A DNA stretch of 64,000 nt. Source: Auanema rhodensis (Eukaryota; Animalia; Nematoda). Below the pieces are notes generated by a model, which saw only the letters and a list, made by a program, of their open reading frames with translations, did not search any database and had not been told where the DNA came from. Where the stretch lies: the NCBI GenBank assembly GCA_964057225.1, contig OZ059895.1, positions 15,376,001 through 15,440,000 of the forward strand, given 5' to 3'. Positions 56,708-64,000 of this stretch are shown here, piece by piece. The position numbers and the translations under genes are program-made. Numbering within the stretch: the first letter of the stretch is position 1; each line of letters begins with the position of its first letter.

Positions 56708-57561
56708 TCCTCTCTCTGAACAAAATATTTCAGAAACAAGCTCATAGTGAACATCTTCAATGGAAATTACATATATCTTACAGTTCTGTTTGTTATATTA
56801 TTCGGATTATACTCTTTGATGTTTCATCATCCAACTCTACTTGATCCAAAGAGTGGTTTAACTTTCTGGGATCCACAAATTTTTCAAAATGCTGCATCTC
56901 AAGTAGGATTCTAAAGTTGAAACTTCAACTTAACACCATTTCAGTACCTTAACCCTATGCTTGTATTCAACAACACCATTGTTGTATCATTTAACAGCAT
57001 TCTGAGCATTATTCTCTGTTTCAGCATCTCCAAACATTTGAAGGAAAACTTTGGCTCCATGATAGATCGACGTCGTCAACTGACGGTATGTAGCATGACG
57101 TCAACCTGGCTATTCAACTTCATCCTTTTCAGCTTTTTCTTCAATGTTTAGCTCTTGTTAGTTTAAGCAATATAGGATCTATATCATATGTTTTATATCA
57201 TTTCTTTGAACAATATCCCTTTCAAACTATAGGTGAAATTGCATATCCATTATATACAAGTAGGTTTTAGTTTTCTTATTCATTACACATTCAGAACTAT
57301 AGATCTACCTCCATACATCTATTTGATTCTTAATCATTCGATCCGTCAAGGAATTTGCAAAATGTTCACAAGAAATAGTCCAAAAGTCTATTTTTCAACC
57401 AGTAATCTTACTATTCTACAAAATATATTATTTGACTGATCATTTTAGCCATTAAAACAACCTCAACATGGTCAAGCGGACGTCTACAGACGCATCCGAG
57501 ATCTTCTGTTCTTAGTTCGGTTGCCCAAGATTATGTAGTAGAACCCAGAATGAATAATTAA
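56047..57561 (+). CDS. srt-class serpentine chemoreceptor copy 5
   Basis: Srt motifs. The last exon is nearly identical to copy 4. TAA at 57559-57561. Confidence 0.8.
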
Positions 57562-57818
57562 AAGAAAATTCCATTTTCATTATTAAGTTCGTTTAAATTT
57601 TTTTCATGCGAACTTGCAACTTGAACATGCAACTTGAAAATGTAACTTGAAAATGTAACTTGAAAATGCTATGTGGATATGTTACTTGAACGAACATTCC
57701 ACGTGAAACTATTACGTGAACATTCCACGTGCGTGGATATGCAACGTGTTCATTTCACATGAAATCTTTCAAATTTCTTTATGAATATACGCAATAACAT
57801 AAAACGGTTGATTTTCTT
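57448..57818 (+). repeat. Duplicated 3' segment, copy B
   Basis: Near-identical to 55040-55392, with different copy numbers of the internal AACTTG and ACGTG units. Confidence 0.85.
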
Positions 57819-58204
57819 AATTTTTTTATTTATTTATTTCAATTCAAAAGTAATTCAAAATATTTTCAGAAATCTATTGCTTGAGCTGTGATATGAATTT
57901 TGTAGCTGAAATAGTCGGAACCTTACTCTTAAACCAATTGACATGATAATATAATGAACACACGCCTAATACTGCTTTTCATCCGTTTGTGAAGGGAATT
58001 TCCTGTTGTGTAGAATATTCCAAATTGTTTTTAATAAATTCAGGTTAAAACCCAACAGGATATACAAATTTTTTATTTAATTGGTATGAAGCTAGAAATG
58101 AAAGTAATAGTATTAAAGATTATTTTATTGGTTTTTATTAATTTGTTTCATAAAGAAAGTCTTTTCTGTCTTATGTAAATTTGATTTAAATAACAAAATG
58201 AAGA

Positions 58205-58430
58205 GATGTTATAACTTGATGATGATGTAATGTTAAGAAGAAGTCACGCCTCTTTCGATTCTGTGCTTTCCATACCTCTTCACCTCTCCCTCCCCCTCCC
58301 TCCATTTTATCCAGAAATAACTATGTATTGTATTTATAATTATAAGAAAATTATAATTTTTGTATAAAAATTTATAATTATTATATGTATTATTATTATT
58401 ATATTATACTTTATGTAGTTTTATATATAT
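58205..58430 (+). repeat. ~225 bp direct repeat upstream of srt copy 6
   Basis: gatgttataacttgatgatgatg...aagaagaagtcacgcctc...ccctccattttatccagaaataactatg...; recurs at 60747-60990. Confidence 0.88.
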
Positions 58431-58875
58431 AATTTTCATTTCTTACTATATTTGTCTACAACAAAGCTATGAGAAATCTTAACAGTAAATTTTAGTTCAT
58501 TACATATGTTAAAAATAGTAATTTGATTATAATACTCTGATTATATAATTTTATAAAATTTAAAAAAAAAGAAAGAAAAGAAATTAAAGAGAAAGAAAAA
58601 TTTTTTATCAAATTTTCACATCTGCAGCCTAATATGTAAAATTGATACTGTTTTTTAGTTAGTTCATGTATTCGTTATCCGAAACAAACTTTTAAATTTA
58701 TAGTTGTACTAATTCCCTTTCATATCTCTATATCTCTTTCCATCTCTTGCTCTCTCTTTCTCTCGCTCTCTCTCTTTCTCTCTTTCTCTCTCTCTTTCTC
58801 TGCTTCCTCCATTCTCTTTTCGTCATTCTTTCATTATACTAGTCCAAAAAAATTATTTTTGTAAAAGTTACGACT

Positions 58876-60427
58876 ATGGAACGTCTTATCAGATATGGAA
58901 CTATCACTGATGATCCTCTCTATAACTGCAGGTTTGATCTCTCCTCTCTCCTTGTTCCTTTATCAAAGCCTCTTTCAAGTGCTCGAACTCCGGAAATGAT
59001 TGAGAAGACATATGCTGATCCTGATCCCATCTACGGGAGTTGCTGCTTCGGATTTGGTGCAATCAACTTGGTATTCCTCTCTCGTTTCTTGGTTTTTCCA
59101 TTCAAATGACCTTCTCAGATTCTCTTCATGCTCTGTATCAAAGTCATGTTAGAACCAACTCACTTCATCTATCCAGCTTATAAGATTATGATTGCTATTT
59201 CATGTTGTGATATGCTTGGTATCGTCTACAACAGCTTATCTTTCGGTTAAGAGTTAACTCAACTTATTTATAAATAATTTGTATTATTTAAGGAATTGCC
59301 TACTATTTTGGGATGAGCTTCTGTGATGCTCCAAATTTCATTTACATTGCTGGAGCTGTAGGCACAAGTAGCTTGACTATCAAGATGCAGTTATCTAGAT
59401 AACATACTTTTCAGGTACATGGATAACAGGTTCACTGCTCTCTTCTATCTTGATAATCAATCGTCTGGTTGAGCTGAAATCTGCTGAGTATGGCTTCATC
59501 TACTTTTCATCAAATTTCCATTCTTTTCATCAAATAATTCTTTCAGAAACAAGCTAATAGTAAATATCTTTAATGGTCAGTATACATCTCTTGTAATGCT
59601 TGTTGCTATTACATTTGGTATATACTGTTTCATTTACCATCCACCAACACTACTTGATCCGAAGAGTGGTTTAACTTTCTGGGATCCACAAATCTTTAAA
59701 AATGCTGCATCTCAAGTAAGCTTTTCAAGCTGCACACGTTGATGATTATTGAATTCAATTCTATTTCAGTACTTCAATACAATGCTTTTGTTTAACAATA
59801 CCATTGTTGTATCATTTAACAGCATATTGAGCATTGTTCTCTGTTTTTACTTATCCAAACAACTTGAACAAAACTTTGGTTCTATGATAGATCGACGTCG
59901 TCAACTGACGGTATGTAGCATGACGTCAGTTCCCCCCTGTTATTCAGCTTCTTCCATTTCAGCTTTTCTTTCAATGTCTAGCCATCGTCACTCTGTGCAA
60001 TATTGCTGCTTTAATGTATGATTTTAACTTTTTCTTCTTCACTCAATGTCCTCCTTTACTTCAAAAAATTGCTGGAAATCTGTATCAACTGTGCACAAGT
60101 ACATTCTTACATCATCTTTCAATGAATTCTTAGAAATTGCTTACAGATCTACCTCCATATATATATTTAATTCTTAATCGTTCAATTCGACAAGGTATCA
60201 TCAAAATGATCACAAGATACAATCCAAAACCATATTTTACGACAAGTAATATCAATATGCTTCTAATGAATCCTAGTGCTTATTCAGGTGTCAAAACAAC
60301 CTCACAAGCTACTTGGTTTAGTGGTGGACGTCCCGAAGCAAGCATGACCACATCTCCAGCCCGAATGAATATGCAAATTAATTCTGTTACAACTCAATCC
60401 CAATATTTACAAGAAAACTTTAATTGA
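58876..60427 (+). CDS. srt-class serpentine chemoreceptor copy 6
   Basis: Srt motifs. Ends ...QYLQENFN at TGA 60427. Confidence 0.8.
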
Positions 60428-60746
60428 TTTAACCCTATGAACATCACCTAATGCAATGTTTGTTCATTTGAATTTCAGTAAATATAAAGCATATCTGTTT
60501 ACGATCTCATAAGTTTTTAGCATTTGTTTATCCTAAATACTTATAGTTTTTTAACTTTATTTTAGTTTTTATAGATATTATTAGCAAAATAATATTTAGA
60601 AATATACAAAAAAAATGTTTTTTTATAAGCTAAGTAAACATTTTATTCAAATTATTATTATTCTAATAAACTTTATTCTTAAAATCTTATTTCGTTTCAA
60701 GATGTATCATGAATTCAGGAAAATATTACATGAAGAAACTCTTTTC

Positions 60747-60990
60747 GATGTTATAACTTGATGATGATGCAATCCTTAAGAAGAAGTCACGCCTCATTCG
60801 ATTCTGTGCTTTCCATACCTCTTCACCTCTCCTCACTCTTGTCTTCCCCTCCCCCTCCCTCCATTTTATCCAGAAATAACTATGTATTGTATTTATAATT
60901 ATAAGAAAATTATAATTTTTGTATAAAAATTTATAATTATTATATGTATTATTATTATTATTATATTATACTTTATGTAGTTTTATATAA
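60747..60990 (+). repeat. ~240 bp direct repeat downstream of srt copy 6
   Basis: Near-identical to 58205-58430, with a short CT-rich insertion. Confidence 0.88.
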
Positions 60991-61158
60991 ATTATATAAA
61001 ATTTATATAAGAATAATGTCTCATATAAATTATAATTTGCATAAATAGTTTAAGTATAGGTTAGGTGGACAGCTCTATCTAACAACGCAATTAGATGCTG
61101 AGTTCACGTGAAAAACGTCAAAATTATTTTAAAAACAATTTTTCATCAACTCGGTGGT

Positions 61159-62678
61159 ATGTATTCATTCAAACTAGGTAAGTGTATATATAATTATATA
61201 TACTATATAATCAATATAACTATATATATATAATATAATATAATATAGATAATATAACAAATACAATAGAATTAACTGTCTCATCATCACCAAAATTATC
61301 AATAACAGCTGATAATGAAGGAAAATATCATGGATATATAACATCTATACAAGGTATTATTCTTATATTTATAATAATAATTATTATTATATTATTATAT
61401 TATATATTATATATTATATATTATATCTTATTTTCGTTCATCTAGCATAATTAAGATATTAAACGATTATACGTGGCAGAAGATTATGCTGAAATTCAAA
61501 AAATGAATGCCATGACATCATTATCGAAACGTAAACCATTAGCTGATGATGCGAAAAATGGTTAATGCAATATTATTTTATAGCTATACTATACATATAG
61601 TTACAATTCAAAAAATATATTGATGTATTTCAGGTGATTTTGCAGTTGTTAAACTTCTTGATACATATGCTCGTGCTATAATTGAAGATGTGAATAGTGC
61701 AAATAGGACAGCAGTATGTTTATTCTCTTTTATATATTTCTAGCTATAACTATATGTGATATAGTTAGTTAATTCGATTCTATTTAGATTCGTTTGCTAG
61801 ATACAGGTGATGCATTAAGGGTTGATAAGAAGAATTTATTTGATATGCATGAACATCTACGAGCCATACGACGTGAGAGCTTAATAACTATATTTAAATT
61901 ATGCTAATTATGCTAATTATATTTATCTATATATAACATCAAATATCATATTGTAGCATTAGCATTCCCAATAGATGTAGATCATAAAGAAATATACCCG
62001 GAAGCAATAACTAGACAGCTAAACCATCTAATTGGACATAAAATTACATTCAACCTAGGTAATTAGACTAACTATACAATATATATATATATATAAATTA
62101 AAGCTTTATTTTTTTCAGATTATAATGCAACACAATCAACAACAACAACAACAACTCTTCAAACAAATAATTTAATGGTCTTTAATCAATATATGACTAA
62201 CTATATACCATATTTTACATCAATTATGTATAAACAATTATTTAATAACAAGTAAGTTTATATAGTTAAATATATTATATTAACTATATATATATATATA
62301 ATCCTATTTATTATTATTATTAGTTATAATAAGACAACAATATTTTCGAATACAATACGTGAAACAATGATAGTTGAAAGAAATTTCATTGCTACTCAAT
62401 CTACTTCTTCATCTAAAAGTATATACTTTATCTTTATTCTTTTGTTTATTAAGTTTCAAAACAACAACAACAACAACAATAAGTAAACAAACAACAAACA
62501 TATAATTTTTGTTTATTTTCAGTTCATAATATATCAATGATTGTTCCATTTATTGTTATGTTAATGATATTTGGATCAATAGCACTAATTGTTGGAAAGT
62601 TGATATCTGACCGTCGACGAGCAGCTAGTCAAGCTGCAACTACAATAATTCGAGTAAATGATGAATATGATCAACATC

Positions 62679-62712
<34 letters not shown>

Positions 62713-63652
62713 TACCATAATGTAAGAATATATATATACATATCTAATAATAAATTAATAATTAAAGAAAAAATGAAAGAAAGAAGCCGATTGATCCATT
62801 ATCATCAAATATTTCATTTATGAAAACATTATCATCTGTCAGCGAATGTACAACACAACCGACAACGGATTCATCGACTACTAATTCTATGTAAATTTCA
62901 GAATATCGATTGAAAATTATTGATTTTAGAATTAAAATTTTTAAGATCTTCTAAGAATCTTCGACACACAGCTACAACGCAACGAGCTTCTCTATTAGCT
63001 TCACAGCCAAATATGATGTCATTAACTTCAACATCCCGCGGTTCAACATCAAAGTACATACAAGACTATGCATCGATTATATGATATAGTTAATATAATT
63101 GTAGTGAGCTTAGTCGATTAGAAGGAGGAATTAGTATGATATCTTCAATTGCTCCAGAATCATATGATCAGATTCGATACTATAGTAGCTCATCGGATAT
63201 AACATTCTCAAATCCACAAAGGCGGATAGACAGAAAGAAGCGATCAACACCGAAATCATTTCCAAAGGTATATTTATCATAATATTTATTAACTATACGA
63301 TATAAATTAATATATTTAAGAGATCAACACCAATTCATAATCAGACAATCAATTCTGAATTATCTGAAACGGAAGATATAGCCGACAAACACACGTCATC
63401 CATCTATGCAGTAGAAGATGTAACACAAGAATCGATATCAATCAGAAGAAAATCAGCTTTAGGATGTACAATAAAGGTTTGTATACAAGCATAGTATAAA
63501 GCTTATGCTCATAATGCTGCTTGTATATATATGTATTCCAGATTCCATACTTAGTTGAAGAAGCTTCATCATCAAATGATTTGAATAATCGATTAGGATC
63601 AAAAGAAATGAATGATAATGATGAATCGTACTATAGTATTCGTAGTACTTAA
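61159..63652 (+). CDS. Tudor-like domain protein with a single predicted transmembrane helix and a Ser/Thr-rich tail; 5' end uncertain
   Basis: Phase-compatible exons give GDFAVVKLLDTYARAIIEDV..IRLLDTGDALRVDKKNLFDMHEHLRAIRPLAFP (extended-Tudor pattern), then ISMIVPFIVMLMIFGSIALIVGKLI-SDRRR and polyQ, ending DESYYSIRST at TAA 63652. Confidence 0.6.
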
Positions 63653-64000
63653 TAATTCGTTTTTTCCTAGTTTATCTTATATAATATTAATAAATATAAT
63701 AAATATAATATATATATATAGTTTGTACATATTTCAAATATTTCGTCGTCAAGCTCGAAACAGCTTTTTGAACTTCAAGCCAAAGTGTATTCGGTGGTTT
63801 GAATACGGCTTGCTAGTTCAACTGTTCAAAAGGTATTATTGTTGTGTTGTTTCATTGGGATAGAGAAGAAGGTAAGAACGGTAGACGATTATGAGAGAAC
63901 GAGGTGGGGAGAGGGGAGGGGGAGAAATGATTAGATTAAGCTTCTAGAATTGAAAACACTGTTTAACAAACTGACAACATTCACGGCTTTTAGACATATG

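Noticed and set aside
55200-57800. ACGTG arrays as CRISPR-like repeat-spacer arrays
   Set aside because: Eukaryotic context, short degenerate units, no unique spacers and no cas genes.
1-64000. tRNA, rRNA, snRNA or snoRNA genes
   Set aside because: None recognised by eye. tRNAscan-SE and Infernal would be needed, especially on the enlarged introns.

Overview
AT-rich eukaryotic genomic DNA with many ~40-60 nt spliceosomal introns. It is almost certainly from a rhabditid nematode (ptl-1, gen-1 and srt-type chemoreceptors, apparent trans-splice acceptors directly before start codons). From 1 to ~42 kb is a conserved housekeeping block: DUS4-like (-), TMEM131 (+), tyrosylprotein sulfotransferase (-), tau/MAP2-like ptl-1 (-), STT3 (-), GEN1 (+), BCAS2/SPF27 (+) and extended synaptotagmin esyt-2 (+). 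From ~42 to 64 kb is a more AT-rich, lineage-specific block: two paralogous small secreted proteins, six tandem srt-class 7TM chemoreceptor genes with mosaic exons and intron presence/absence differences, and a Tudor-like protein with a transmembrane helix. The most striking unexplained signals are (i) a bipartite non-coding element (CAACCGCT core, AT-rich spacer, ACGT/CACGTG cluster) recurring in enlarged introns and intergenic DNA at roughly 5-6 kb spacing, and (ii) frequent AAG/GAG 3' splice acceptors. Gene models were spliced by eye, so internal exon boundaries are approximate and untested. Family names come from remembered motifs, not database searches.
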